NCBI GenBank assembly: GCA_963695545.1
Contig: OY968796.1
Coordinates: 288,001 to 352,000, forward strand
DNA: 64,000 nt
Source of the DNA: Terriglobia bacterium
GTDB lineage: Bacteria; Acidobacteriota; Terriglobia; Acidiferrales; UBA7541
Direction: 5' to 3'
Positions 20,927 through 30,671 of this stretch are shown piece after piece (position 1 is the stretch's first letter; the number at the start of each line of letters is the position of its first letter). The notes under the pieces were generated by a model. That model did not search any database. It was not told where the DNA came from and worked only from the letters and a program-made list of their open reading frames with translations. The position numbers and the translations under genes are program-made.

Positions 20927-21805
20927 GTGAAGCGACGGCAACCCAGAACCGAAGCGCGCCAATTAGTCATCCTGACGGGCCTCAGCGGCTCGGGCAAAAG
21001 CACGATCCTCAAAGCGTTTGAAGACCTCGGCTTTTACTGCGTCGATAATTTGCCGGTGGATTTGATCCCCACGTTTAGCGAACTCCATCGCCACGGCAAC
21101 ACCGAAATCGAGCGCGCCGCGCTTTTAGTTGACGTTCGCGAGGGCGTGCAAATCGAGCAGTTGCCGCGGATTCTGCGCGAACTTCGCCGCGACACGCCCG
21201 CCACGCTCGTGTTCGTCGAAGCTTCCGAGCTCGCGCTCTTGCGCCGCTTCAGCGAAACTCGCCGTCCGCATCCGCTTGAGCACGATGTGCCCATCCGCGA
21301 AGCGCTCAAACGCGAGCGCGAACTCATGGCGCCGATCCGCAAGGTCGCCGACATCGTCATCGACACCACGAAATTCAACGTGCACGAGCTGCGCCAATTC
21401 ATCACCAAGAGTTTTTTCAGTCCCGGCCAATCGCCGCTGATGGTCGGCGTGGTCAGCTTCGGATATCGTTACGGCGTGCCGGCCGACGCCGACCTGGTTT
21501 TTGACGTGCGCTTTCTCCCGAATCCGCATTTCATCCCGCGCCTCCGCAAATATTCAGGCCTAAACCCGCGCGTCGCGCGCTACATCAATTCATTTCCAGA
21601 GACCGGACAATTTCTAAAGCGCATCGAGAGTTTGCTGAAGTATCTGATCCCGCTTTATGTGCGCGAAGGCAAAAGCTATCTGACGATCGCATTCGGTTGC
21701 ACCGGCGGACGGCACCGCTCGGTCACTCTTGCGGCAGCGGTGCGCGCCGCGCTCGAAAAGCGCGGATATACAGCCAAAACCGTGCATCGCGACATCGATA
21801 AGTAG
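20927..21805 (+). CDS. rapZ: RNase adapter RapZ
   Basis: GLSGSGKS, VDNLP, RRFSETRRPHPL, DVRFLPNP, GCTGGRHRSV. Confidence 0.93.
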   Translation: MKRRQPRTEARQLVILTGLSGSGKSTILKAFEDLGFYCVDNLPVDLIPTFSELHRHGNTEIERAALLVDVREGVQIEQLPRILRELRRDTPATLVFVEASELALLRRFSETRRPHPLEHDVPIREALKRERELMAPIRKVADIVIDTTKFNVHELRQFITKSFFSPGQSPLMVGVVSFGYRYGVPADADLVFDVRFLPNPHFIPRLRKYSGLNPRVARYINSFPETGQFLKRIESLLKYLIPLYVREGKSYLTIAFGCTGGRHRSVTLAAAVRAALEKRGYTAKTVHRDIDK

Positions 21806-21901
21806 TCAGAGACGTAAGGAAGTCTCACGCGGCTTGACATCTGTGCGGGCGATTCGTAGCGTAGCGGTTCTCCCCGCGGATTTTCGGAGCGCACACGGAG
21901 C

Positions 21902-23776
21902 ATGGCGGTAAAGCGATTCCTCGATGGCGAGTCTCGGCGCCTGCTGCGCTACGTCTGGCCGTATCGCTTTCGCGTGATCGCCGGCATAGCGGCGCTGGCG
22001 TTTGTCGGCCTGGCCGAAGGCCTGATCGCCCTGATGTTCCAGCCGTTGATGGACAACGTGCTGAGCCCCGCGGCGCCCGGCGCGAAGATGGTGCTCCTCA
22101 AGAATCTTCCGATCGTTCACCACGCGCTGCTGTTGAACTCGTTTTTTCCGCACGGCACGCATCACGTCTGGACCATGTTCACGATCGCGCTGCTGGTGTT
22201 GTTTTTCGGCCGCGCCATCGCCGATTACTTCGGCGTGGTCACGCTCGGATACGTTGGCCTCGCCGGCGTCACCGATCTGCGCAACGACATCTACGCGAAG
22301 TTAATCCGGCAACCGGTCGGATTTTTTCAGCAGCACCCCGCCGGGCGCCTCCTTTCCGCCATCATCAACGACACCGAGCGCGTGCGCACCACGCTCTCCG
22401 ACACCGTCGCGGGTTTCTTCCAATATCTCTTCACATTGTTCTTTCTGGTCCTCGTGCTGCTGCTCCTCAGTTGGAAGATGACCATCGGCGTGATGATCTT
22501 CGTGCCCTTGGTCGTCTGGCCGGTCTCCACCTTCGGCCGGCGCATCCGCCGCGCTGTCGGACGTGTTCAAACCGGCTTCGGCGAAATGACGCAAATCGTG
22601 CAAGAGACCATTGCCGGCAATCGCGTCGTAAAGGCGTTCGGCATGGAAGGCTTCGAGATCGCAAAATTCCGCGACGCTGCCCGCCGCCTCTTGCGCGAAA
22701 ACATGGATTGGATCCGCAACACTGCCCGCACCTCGCCGGCCATGGATATTCTCGCCGCCGTCGCCGTCTGCTTGGCGGTGGCCTTTGCGCGCACGCAGAT
22801 CAAGATCGGCGCGCTCACCACCGGCGCATTCGTCGCGTTCGCTTACGCCATGTTCAAGGCCTACGAGCCCGTCAAAGGCCTCGGCGCGGTGTACCAACAT
22901 CTGCAGGAAGCGCACGGCGCCACCGCGCAAGTATTCGCGTTCCTCGACCTGCAGGAAGAATTGTCCGACGAGGTAGGAGCCAGAGTGTTGCCGCCGTTTT
23001 CCCGCGACGTCGAATTTGAGAACGTAAGTTTCAGCTACGACGGTAATCGCACGCCGATTCTTTGCGGCATCAATTTGAAGGCCAATCGCGGCGAAGTCCT
23101 GGCCATCGTCGGATCCAGCGGCGCCGGCAAAACCACGCTCGTCAATTTGCTGCCGCGCTTTTACGCCGCAAGCTCGGGCGCGGTTCGCTTGGACGGCCTC
23201 GACGTGCGCGAAGCCACGCTGCGTTCCCTTCGCGAACAAATGGCCATCGTCACGCAAGAAACCGTACTCTTCAACGACACGGTCTGGAACAACATCTGCT
23301 ACGGCCAGCCCGGACTTCCTGAAGAGCGCGTCTTAAATGCCGCAAAAGTTGCGTTGGCGCACGATTTCATCGTCGCGCTGCCCAAGGGCTATCAGACCAT
23401 CATCGGCGATCAGGGCATGCGCCTTTCCGGCGGCCAACGCCAACGCCTCGCGATCGCCCGCGCTGTGCTGAAAGATTGCCCGATTCTCATTCTCGATGAA
23501 GCGACCTCCGAACTCGATTCCGAATCCGAGCAGCTCGTGCAGCGCGCGCTCGCCAATCTGATGACCGGGCGCACTTCGTTCGTCATCGCGCACCGCCTCT
23601 CCACCATTCGCCGCGCCGACAAAATTGTGGTCCTCGAAGACGGCGTGATTCGCGAAACCGGCACGCATCAGCAACTCCTCGCCGGCGGCGGCACGTACGC
23701 GCGCCTCTACGAAATGCAATTCGCGGACGACGACCTGCCGCCCGCCTCCGCGCCGAGAGGACCGCTGCCCTCATGA
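21902..23776 (+). CDS. msbA: MsbA-like ABC exporter (TMD+NBD)
   Basis: TM domain plus GSSGAGKTT, LSGGQRQR, DEATS, AHRLST; LPS export context. Confidence 0.75.
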   Translation: MAVKRFLDGESRRLLRYVWPYRFRVIAGIAALAFVGLAEGLIALMFQPLMDNVLSPAAPGAKMVLLKNLPIVHHALLLNSFFPHGTHHVWTMFTIALLVLFFGRAIADYFGVVTLGYVGLAGVTDLRNDIYAKLIRQPVGFFQQHPAGRLLSAIINDTERVRTTLSDTVAGFFQYLFTLFFLVLVLLLLSWKMTIGVMIFVPLVVWPVSTFGRRIRRAVGRVQTGFGEMTQIVQETIAGNRVVKAFGMEGFEIAKFRDAARRLLRENMDWIRNTARTSPAMDILAAVAVCLAVAFARTQIKIGALTTGAFVAFAYAMFKAYEPVKGLGAVYQHLQEAHGATAQVFAFLDLQEELSDEVGARVLPPFSRDVEFENVSFSYDGNRTPILCGINLKANRGEVLAIVGSSGAGKTTLVNLLPRFYAASSGAVRLDGLDVREATLRSLREQMAIVTQETVLFNDTVWNNICYGQPGLPEERVLNAAKVALAHDFIVALPKGYQTIIGDQGMRLSGGQRQRLAIARAVLKDCPILILDEATSELDSESEQLVQRALANLMTGRTSFVIAHRLSTIRRADKIVVLEDGVIRETGTHQQLLAGGGTYARLYEMQFADDDLPPASAPRGPLPS

Positions 23777-24702
23777 GCGCTCCGCCGAATGATGTGCGCT
23801 CAATGACCGGCTTCGCCCAATCGCGATCCGAGGAAAACGGCTGGCGCCTGCGCGTCAGCGTCCGCAGCGTCAATCACCGTTTTCTCGACGTGCGCGTCCA
23901 TCTGCCGAGCGGCCTCGAAACCATCGAACCGCGTATCCGCCAGATGCTGCGCGATCGCATGCGCCGCGGTCACGTTGATGTCACCGTGCATTTCGAGTCG
24001 CTCGCGCCAAACGCTGCGCGCGTGAACCCCGACGTCGCCGAAGCCTATCTGAAAGCCGCCGAAGAGTTGCGCCGCAAATTCGGCTTGACCACCGAGCCCG
24101 ATCTCGTCGGCCTCTTCCGCCTCCCCGGTGTGGTCGCCTCTTCCGGAGAAACCGGTGACCTCGGCGATGCGCCCGAAGAAAAAGAAGAAAAACTCGGCCG
24201 CGCCGTCGAAGGCTGCCTCTCGCAAGGCCTGAAACAACTCGATGAAATGCGCGCCGCTGAAGGCCGTGCCCTGGTGCGCGAGATGCGTTCCCTGCTCGCG
24301 CGAATCGCCGCGCGCACTGCGCGCGTCGAAGAAATCGCTGTAAGCGCCCGCCCCGCCATGGCCAAGCACCTCGCCGCGCGCCTTGCCGAAATGCTCGGCG
24401 AAGCGCAAATCGATCCCACGCGCCTCGCGCAGGAAGCCGCTCTGATCGTCGAGCGCGGCGACACCAGCGAAGAGCTCGCGCGCCTGCACAGCCATCTCCA
24501 ACAATTCGGCGCGCTGCTCGATGCAGGCGGCGAAGTCGGCAAAAAACTCGATTTTCTGCTTCAAGAAATGCAGCGCGAGGCCAATACTCTGCTCTCGAAA
24601 ACGCCGGGCGTCGAGCGCGACGGCCTTGAAATCACCGGCCTTGGCCTCGAAATCAAATCCGACATCGAAAAATTGCGCGAACAAGTGCAGAACGTCGAGT
24701 GA
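23773..24702 (+). CDS. yicC: YicC/YloC family endoribonuclease
   Basis: SMTGF, RSVNHR, GKKLDFLLQEMQREANT, REQVQNVE. Confidence 0.93.
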   Translation: MSAPPNDVRSMTGFAQSRSEENGWRLRVSVRSVNHRFLDVRVHLPSGLETIEPRIRQMLRDRMRRGHVDVTVHFESLAPNAARVNPDVAEAYLKAAEELRRKFGLTTEPDLVGLFRLPGVVASSGETGDLGDAPEEKEEKLGRAVEGCLSQGLKQLDEMRAAEGRALVREMRSLLARIAARTARVEEIAVSARPAMAKHLAARLAEMLGEAQIDPTRLAQEAALIVERGDTSEELARLHSHLQQFGALLDAGGEVGKKLDFLLQEMQREANTLLSKTPGVERDGLEITGLGLEIKSDIEKLREQVQNVE

Positions 24703-25325
24703 CGCCCGAGAATCCCAATCCGCTTGTGATCATCGTCTCCGGCCCCTCCGGCTCCGGCAAATCCACGCTGGTCTCCAAGCTCCGCGAGCTGCCCGGCACG
24801 CTGTTTTCCGTCTCGTACACCACGCGCCCTCCGCGCACGCAGGAGAGCCCCGGAAAATGGTATGATTTCATCTCCGAGCAAGAATTCGAGCGCATGGTCC
24901 GCGGGGGCGAGTTCCTCGAATTCGCTCAGGTGTTCGGCTGTCACTGGTACGGCACGCCGCGCAAGTGGCTCGAAAAGGCCCGGAAAGAAGGGCTCGATCT
25001 GGTTCTCGAAATCGACGTGCAGGGCGCGGCCCAGGTGAAAGCGAAAATTCCCGAGGCCGTGGCGATTTTCATCCTGCCGCCCTCGCGGAAAGAACTCGAA
25101 CGCCGCCTGCGCGCCCGCGGCCAGGATTCCGACGATTCAATTGCGAAGCGTCTCGAACGCGCCCGCAAGGAAGTTGAGCGTTATCGCGAGTACGACTACT
25201 TGATCGTTAACGACGATCTCGAGCGCGCCGACAACACCATTCTGGCGATCGCGCTCGCCGAACGCGCCGCGCGCCGCGTCATGCAACAGCGCGCGCAAGA
25301 AATTCTAGATTCCTTCGGAGGATGA
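24699..25325 (+). CDS. gmk: Guanylate kinase
   Basis: GPSGSGKST, SYTTRPPR, LEIDVQGA. Confidence 0.95.
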   Translation: MTPENPNPLVIIVSGPSGSGKSTLVSKLRELPGTLFSVSYTTRPPRTQESPGKWYDFISEQEFERMVRGGEFLEFAQVFGCHWYGTPRKWLEKARKEGLDLVLEIDVQGAAQVKAKIPEAVAIFILPPSRKELERRLRARGQDSDDSIAKRLERARKEVERYREYDYLIVNDDLERADNTILAIALAERAARRVMQQRAQEILDSFGG

Positions 25326-25552
25326 TTCTGATGCCGATTCAAAGTGAAGCCCCGGAATGCAGATTTTCTTTTGTGGTCATCGCCGCCCGCCGCGCGCGGC
25401 AATTGATGGCCGGCGCCCCGCCGATGGTGGCTCCGCGCTCGCATAAGCCCACGCGCGTGGCCGTCGAAGAACTCGAAAGCGGCGTCCTCGAATTCAATTT
25501 GCCCGAAGAGCCCGAAGACATCACCAAAGACGCTAAACGCAAGAAGGATTAA
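25322..25552 (+). CDS. rpoZ: RNA polymerase omega subunit
   Basis: 'RF..VVIAARRARQL..GA.P...KP..VAVEEL'; located between gmk and coaBC. Confidence 0.9.
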   Translation: MILMPIQSEAPECRFSFVVIAARRARQLMAGAPPMVAPRSHKPTRVAVEELESGVLEFNLPEEPEDITKDAKRKKD

Positions 25553-25565
25553 CCAAGGCATCTCC

Positions 25566-26867
25566 ATGCGCATTGCTCTCGGAGTTTCGGGCGGCGTGGC
25601 CGCGTACAAGGCGGCCGAACTGGTGCGGCGTCTCCAGCAGGATGGCCTCGACGTTCAGGTCATCATGACCTCGAGCGCCCAGGAATTCGTCACGCCCCTT
25701 ACCTTCGCCGCGCTCACCGGCCAAAAAGTCATCACCGATATGTTCGGCCGCGACGCAGCCCCGGCCAATGTTGAAAGCGCGATCGAGCACGTCGCCGTCG
25801 CGCAGCGCATTGACGCGCTGGTCGTCGCGCCCGCCACAGCCAACACGCTCGCCAAAATGGCGCGCGGCGCGGCCGACGATTTCCTCACCACGCTCTATCT
25901 CGCAACCACCGCGCCCGTGATCGTCGCCCCTGCGATGAACGTGAATATGTGGGAGCACGCCGCGACGCAGGAAAATATCGCGCTGCTTCGCGCGCGCGGC
26001 GTTCACGTCGTCGCGCCCGAAGAAGGCTATCTCGCCTGCGGCATGACGGGCGCTGGCCGCCTCGCCGCCACCGAAGCGATCGTCGAAACCGTGCGCTCCG
26101 TGCTCGGTCTGCGCCGCGATCTCGCCGCCGAATCCATTCTGATCACCGCCGGCCCCACGCGCGAAGATATCGATCCCGTGCGCTATCTCACGAATCGCTC
26201 CTCCGGAAAAATGGGTTACGCGCTCGCGCTTGCCGCCGTGCGCCGCGGTGCGCGCGTCACGCTCGTCAGCGGACCGGTCGAACTCGCCGCGCCGCAGGGC
26301 ACCGATCTCGTCCCCGTGCGCAGCGCCGAACAGATGCATCGCGCCGTGCTTGAGCATTTGCCCGGCGCGACCGTCGTGATCATGGCCGCGGCCGTCGCCG
26401 ATTACCGCCCCGTCGCGCCCGCCACGAAAAAAATCAAGCGCCGCCCGGGCCCCATGACGCTCGAACTCGAATCCACGCCCGACATCCTGGCCGATGTGGC
26501 TCGTGAGAAAAATTCAGCGCGAGAAAAAAATAGCGCCCGCGAAAAAACCGATCGCATCCTCGTCGGTTTCGCCGCGGAAACCGAAGACGTCGCCGCGCAC
26601 GCCCGCGCCAAGCTCTCCGCCAAGCACGCCGATCTGATCGTCGCCAACGACGTCACCGCGCCCGGCTCCGGTTTCGATCACGATACCAACATCGTCACGC
26701 TCTATCCCGCCGACGGTTCCGAAATCGCCCTGCCGCGCATGAGCAAGCTCGACGTCGCCGGCCGCATCCTCGATCAAGTGCTCGAACTGCGCCGCGCGCG
26801 CGACGCGCAATCGCACGCGCCGGCCGCGCCCGCCGCGCCAGCGCCCGTCACACACGGTCGTCACTGA
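25566..26867 (+). CDS. coaBC: Phosphopantothenoylcysteine decarboxylase/ligase
   Basis: GGVAAYK, PAMN, LACG..G.GR, GPTRE.IDPVRY..N.SSGKMG, VGFAAET. Confidence 0.95.
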   Translation: MRIALGVSGGVAAYKAAELVRRLQQDGLDVQVIMTSSAQEFVTPLTFAALTGQKVITDMFGRDAAPANVESAIEHVAVAQRIDALVVAPATANTLAKMARGAADDFLTTLYLATTAPVIVAPAMNVNMWEHAATQENIALLRARGVHVVAPEEGYLACGMTGAGRLAATEAIVETVRSVLGLRRDLAAESILITAGPTREDIDPVRYLTNRSSGKMGYALALAAVRRGARVTLVSGPVELAAPQGTDLVPVRSAEQMHRAVLEHLPGATVVIMAAAVADYRPVAPATKKIKRRPGPMTLELESTPDILADVAREKNSAREKNSAREKTDRILVGFAAETEDVAAHARAKLSAKHADLIVANDVTAPGSGFDHDTNIVTLYPADGSEIALPRMSKLDVAGRILDQVLELRRARDAQSHAPAAPAAPAPVTHGRH

Positions 26868-26873
26868 TCGCAG

Positions 26874-27785
26874 ATGGATTCCCTCCCCCCCGACGATCCG
26901 CGACAAAAACTCACCGCCTGGCTCCGCTATTACGAAGACCTACGCATCGGCCCGTTCTATCGCGATCGCCACGCATCGCCCGCCAAGCCGCTCGTCATCG
27001 GCCGCGCAATGCGCTCGTCCTCTGGCGCCGCGGCACCAACCGAATCGCCCGCGTTGTCTCCCGCAGCGCAAGCCGCGCCGCGCCAAAAACAATCCGCGCC
27101 TGCGCCGAAGCCCCCCGCGCCATCGTCTCGCCCCGCATCGTACGCGCCGACCGCCGCACTCCCTGTCCTCCAATCTCCTTCGCTCTTCGACGCCTCCGAG
27201 CGCATCGTCGGCGACACGCTCGAACGCATTCGCGCCGATCTCGGCGATTGCACGCGCTGCCGCCTCCACAAAACGCGCACCAACATCGTCTTCGGCGTCG
27301 GCAACGCGAAAGCCTCTCTTGTTTTCGTCGGCGAAGGCCCCGGCCACGACGAAGATCTCCAGGGCATTCCCTTCGTCGGTCGCGCCGGCAAGCTGCTCAC
27401 GCAAATGATCGAAGCCATGGGCCTGCGCCGCGACGACGTTTACATCGCCAACGTCGTAAAATGCCGCCCGCCCGAAAATCGCACGCCCGAAAAAGACGAA
27501 GTCGCCACCTGCTCGCCCTATCTCTTGCGCCAAATCGACGCCATCGCCCCCAAAGTGATCGTCTGCCTCGGCAACGTCGCCTCCCAATCGCTCCTGGGCA
27601 CCACGAACTCCATCTCAAAATATCGCGGCCAGTGGTTCGACTATCGCGGCACAAAATTAATCGCCACGTATCACCCCGCGTATCTGCTCCGCAATCCCGC
27701 CGCCAAAAGCGACGTCTGGCTCGACCTGAAAAAAGTGATGGTCGAGCTCGGCCTCCCCCTAAACCGCTCCCGCCGCGCCGACTGA
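26874..27785 (+). CDS. Uracil-DNA glycosylase family 4
   Basis: CTRC, GEGPG, PFVGRAG, KCRPP.NR, YHPAYLLR. Confidence 0.92.
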   Translation: MDSLPPDDPRQKLTAWLRYYEDLRIGPFYRDRHASPAKPLVIGRAMRSSSGAAAPTESPALSPAAQAAPRQKQSAPAPKPPAPSSRPASYAPTAALPVLQSPSLFDASERIVGDTLERIRADLGDCTRCRLHKTRTNIVFGVGNAKASLVFVGEGPGHDEDLQGIPFVGRAGKLLTQMIEAMGLRRDDVYIANVVKCRPPENRTPEKDEVATCSPYLLRQIDAIAPKVIVCLGNVASQSLLGTTNSISKYRGQWFDYRGTKLIATYHPAYLLRNPAAKSDVWLDLKKVMVELGLPLNRSRRAD

Positions 27786-27948
27786 GCGCCGCACTCCGCT
27801 CGAGTCGACGTATTGGTCTACGCGCGCGCCGCTCTTCGCGCCACGAACATCAGCGCGGCCCCGCCGTCATTTGTCATTTTGAACGGAGTCTGCGGGCGTC
27901 ACAAAATCAGCCGAGAAACTCTGCGCCACGCTCGCAAGAGCGCCTACG

Positions 27949-28932
27949 TTACTTCGACGCGGCCTGGTGCGTCGCGGGCGTCACCGTCGACGAATCCGCC
28001 GGAGTCGGCACGCCAAACGTGTTCAGCAATTTCCCGCTCGCCACATCCCACAGCTTGATCGTGTTGTCGGCATTTCCGGAAGCCAGACTGTGCCCGTCCG
28101 GACTGAAGGCCAACGCACCGGGGTTGCCGGAAGGATCGGAGAGTGAACGCAGCGCTTTGCCGCTCGCAACATCCCACAGTGCAATCGTACCGTCCCCACT
28201 GGACGAAGCCAGCGTGTGACCGTCCGGGCTGAACTCCAGATAGGAAGTCCAGAATTTTGTGCTCGACAACGTAAACGTGACCTCGCCCGTCGTGGCGTCC
28301 CACAATTGAATCGAATTCATCGGATCCCCCGCGTCGCTCTCGGCTCCCGGAGAATCGTCATTTCCCGCAGCCAGCGTGTGCCCGTCCGGGCTGATCGCCA
28401 CGACTTTTGGCTTGTCGCTGCCGGTGGGTATCAGTTTGGTTTGCTTCCCCGTCGCGACGTGATAGAGCCTGATCGAAAAATCGTCGCTTCCTGACACCAG
28501 CGTCTTCCCGTCGTTGCTGAACACCATGTCCTCGATCTTCAGCCCGTTCCCGGAAAGTGTGTGGAGTTTCGCCCCGGTCGAGACGCTCCACAGAAATATC
28601 GTGAAGTTGTCCGAGAAATAGACCGCGTTATTTGTCGCCGCCAGCGTCCGCCCGTCCGGGCTCAGCGTGTCGTTGTTCTCGACCGATCGAGTGGGAACGG
28701 CAAGCGCGCGTCGCGATTTCCCCTTCGCGATGTCCCACACCGTAACCGTAAACGTCCCCGGCTTCGTAAAGCTCATCACGAAGATCGAGCGTCCATCGCT
28801 GCTGAACGCAACTGAATTGATCCAACTGTTCGGACCGTAGTCGGCCCCCTGCGCCGGCTTCCGCCCGTTGCCCCACGCGCAAGCCGCCAGCGCAATCACC
28901 ATCGCGCACGCGCCCCAAATTTTCTTCCTCAT
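27949..28932 (-). CDS. Secreted WD40-repeat protein
   Basis: Signal peptide; repeats 'FSPDGHTLAS.S.D.TI.LWDVA.GK'. Confidence 0.85.
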   Translation of the reverse strand: MRKKIWGACAMVIALAACAWGNGRKPAQGADYGPNSWINSVAFSSDGRSIFVMSFTKPGTFTVTVWDIAKGKSRRALAVPTRSVENNDTLSPDGRTLAATNNAVYFSDNFTIFLWSVSTGAKLHTLSGNGLKIEDMVFSNDGKTLVSGSDDFSIRLYHVATGKQTKLIPTGSDKPKVVAISPDGHTLAAGNDDSPGAESDAGDPMNSIQLWDATTGEVTFTLSSTKFWTSYLEFSPDGHTLASSSGDGTIALWDVASGKALRSLSDPSGNPGALAFSPDGHSLASGNADNTIKLWDVASGKLLNTFGVPTPADSSTVTPATHQAASK

Positions 28933-29033
28933 ATCCACCCCGCCGACGAATCGGAATTGGCACAGCCCTGCGCGCTGCCGGCGTCCGGCGCCGCTCGCCG
29001 ATGTGCGCGCGCAAACCCGCGCAAGCCCCTGCG

Positions 29034-30119
29034 CTACTGAGTTCCGCCCGCGGATCCCGTGTTCGCATCCGGCGGATTCGCCACGCCGAATGTCCGCAGC
29101 AGTTTCCCGCTCGCCACATCCCACATCTTGATCGTGTTGTCATCGCTTCCCGAGGCCAGCGTGTGCCCGTCCCGGCTGAAGGCAATCGAAGTCACGAAAT
29201 CGGTATGGCCGGTCAGCGTCTGCAGCACTTTCCCGGTCGCGACGTCGATCAGATGGATCGCGTAATTATCGCTTTGCGACGCGAGCGTGCGGCCATCGGG
29301 GCTAAACACCACGGGATAGCCCTCGCCAGCGAATTGGCGAATCACCTGCCAGGTAGAGACGTCCCATAGCGCGACCGTATTATCGGAACTCGTCGAGGTC
29401 AGCGTGTGCCCATCCGGGCTGAAGACCACATCGGAGACATCTTTCGGCAGCGTGCGGATGATCTCGCCGGTCGAGACGTCCCACAGATCGATCGTATTGA
29501 TCGCATCCGCCGGGTTGCGAGAATTGATTAGCTGATAGTTGCTGCTCGCGCTCGCGAGCGTGTGCCCGTCTGGGCTGAACGACACGGCGAAGACCATACC
29601 GACATTGTCATACATCGTGCGAACTAGACGGCCCGTCGCGACATCCCACAGCATGATCGATTGGTCCTGACTTCCCGAGGCCAGTGTCCGTCCGTCGGGG
29701 CTGAACTCGTTGTCGTCGGTTTGCTTCGTGTGCCCGGTCATGGCGTGGAGCGTCTTCCCGGTCGCGACGTCCCACAGCGTGACCGTGAAGTGCTCAAAAT
29801 CCGTATTCAGACTACCTCCCGCGACCAGCGTGCGCGCGTCGGGACTGAAGGCGTACCCGTCGTACAGAACTGGCGCGTTGCTTGAGAATGTGCGACGCGA
29901 TTTTCCCGTCGCGATGTCCCACAAAGTAATCGTAAGAACTGCCGGCTCGTCAAAGCCCGCCACAACGATCGTGCGCCCATCCGCGCTGAACGCCACGCAA
30001 TTCATGCCTTTGCCCGGGCCGTACCCGAACTGCGGCGCAGCCGGTTTCCGCGCATGCCCCCAAACGCAAGCCGCCAGCGCAATCACGATCACCGGAACAT
30101 GCCACAATTTTTTCATCAT
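29034..30119 (-). CDS. Secreted WD40-repeat protein (paralog of neighbour)
   Basis: Signal peptide similar to neighbour; multiple WD repeats; both end with 'GKLL.TFGV..P'. Confidence 0.85.
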   Translation of the reverse strand: MMKKLWHVPVIVIALAACVWGHARKPAAPQFGYGPGKGMNCVAFSADGRTIVVAGFDEPAVLTITLWDIATGKSRRTFSSNAPVLYDGYAFSPDARTLVAGGSLNTDFEHFTVTLWDVATGKTLHAMTGHTKQTDDNEFSPDGRTLASGSQDQSIMLWDVATGRLVRTMYDNVGMVFAVSFSPDGHTLASASSNYQLINSRNPADAINTIDLWDVSTGEIIRTLPKDVSDVVFSPDGHTLTSTSSDNTVALWDVSTWQVIRQFAGEGYPVVFSPDGRTLASQSDNYAIHLIDVATGKVLQTLTGHTDFVTSIAFSRDGHTLASGSDDNTIKMWDVASGKLLRTFGVANPPDANTGSAGGTQ

Positions 30120-30208
30120 CTCTCCCTCGCAGGCGTATTCGAATCCCAAGAGGCTAGGCGGTAGCGGCGCGAGTGTCAAACCGCCGGCTTTTTGCCAACC
30201 TGTGGATA

Positions 30209-30570
30209 TCTATTCGAATACTAATTTAGTTATTGACAATAGAATGCCTCTGCGCTATCATCCTCCGTGTTCCCCGATCCCAATTCGAATACTTCCCATC
30301 ACCGCCTTCCGGAAAAGGCGTCCGCCCGGGTTGGCATTACGCTCCCGTCGAATTCCGCCGTCTTCCGCGCCTCCCAACTCGCACAATTCCGCACATCCTG
30401 CGCACTTACCCCTCCCGCAACCACCTTGTTTTCAATCAAATACAAAAGAGTGCGCAACTCGCTCATAATAAACGATATTAACTCCCTGCCTTTTCACACT
30501 CATCCGCACTCTTCTCCTGCAAGCCCAATTGTTTCAGCAATTTACGTTTTTGGTGGGGGGTGTATATACC
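30209..30570 (+). repeat. Promoter-led non-coding element (copy A), related to 55328-58895
   Basis: TCTATTCGAATAC; TTGACA(30233)-17-TATCAT(30256); C/AT-rich degenerate repeats; ends in G-tract TGGTGGGGGGTG. Confidence 0.5.
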
Positions 30571-30671
30571 GGCTCCATCCCCGATGGACGCTTCTCGGAC
30601 CATGGGCGAGCCCACTCCATCAAAATCAGCGATTTCTCACCCTGGCTGGGACGGGATCGCCGAACGTGCCG

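Noticed and set aside
27872..27894. REP-like TGTCATTTTGAACGGAG remnant
   Set aside because: Single degenerate copy with no partner palindrome; cannot be supported from this window
28958..28975. sigma54-like TGGCAC motif between the WD40 genes
   Set aside because: GG-to-GC spacing is not 10 and it is on the wrong strand
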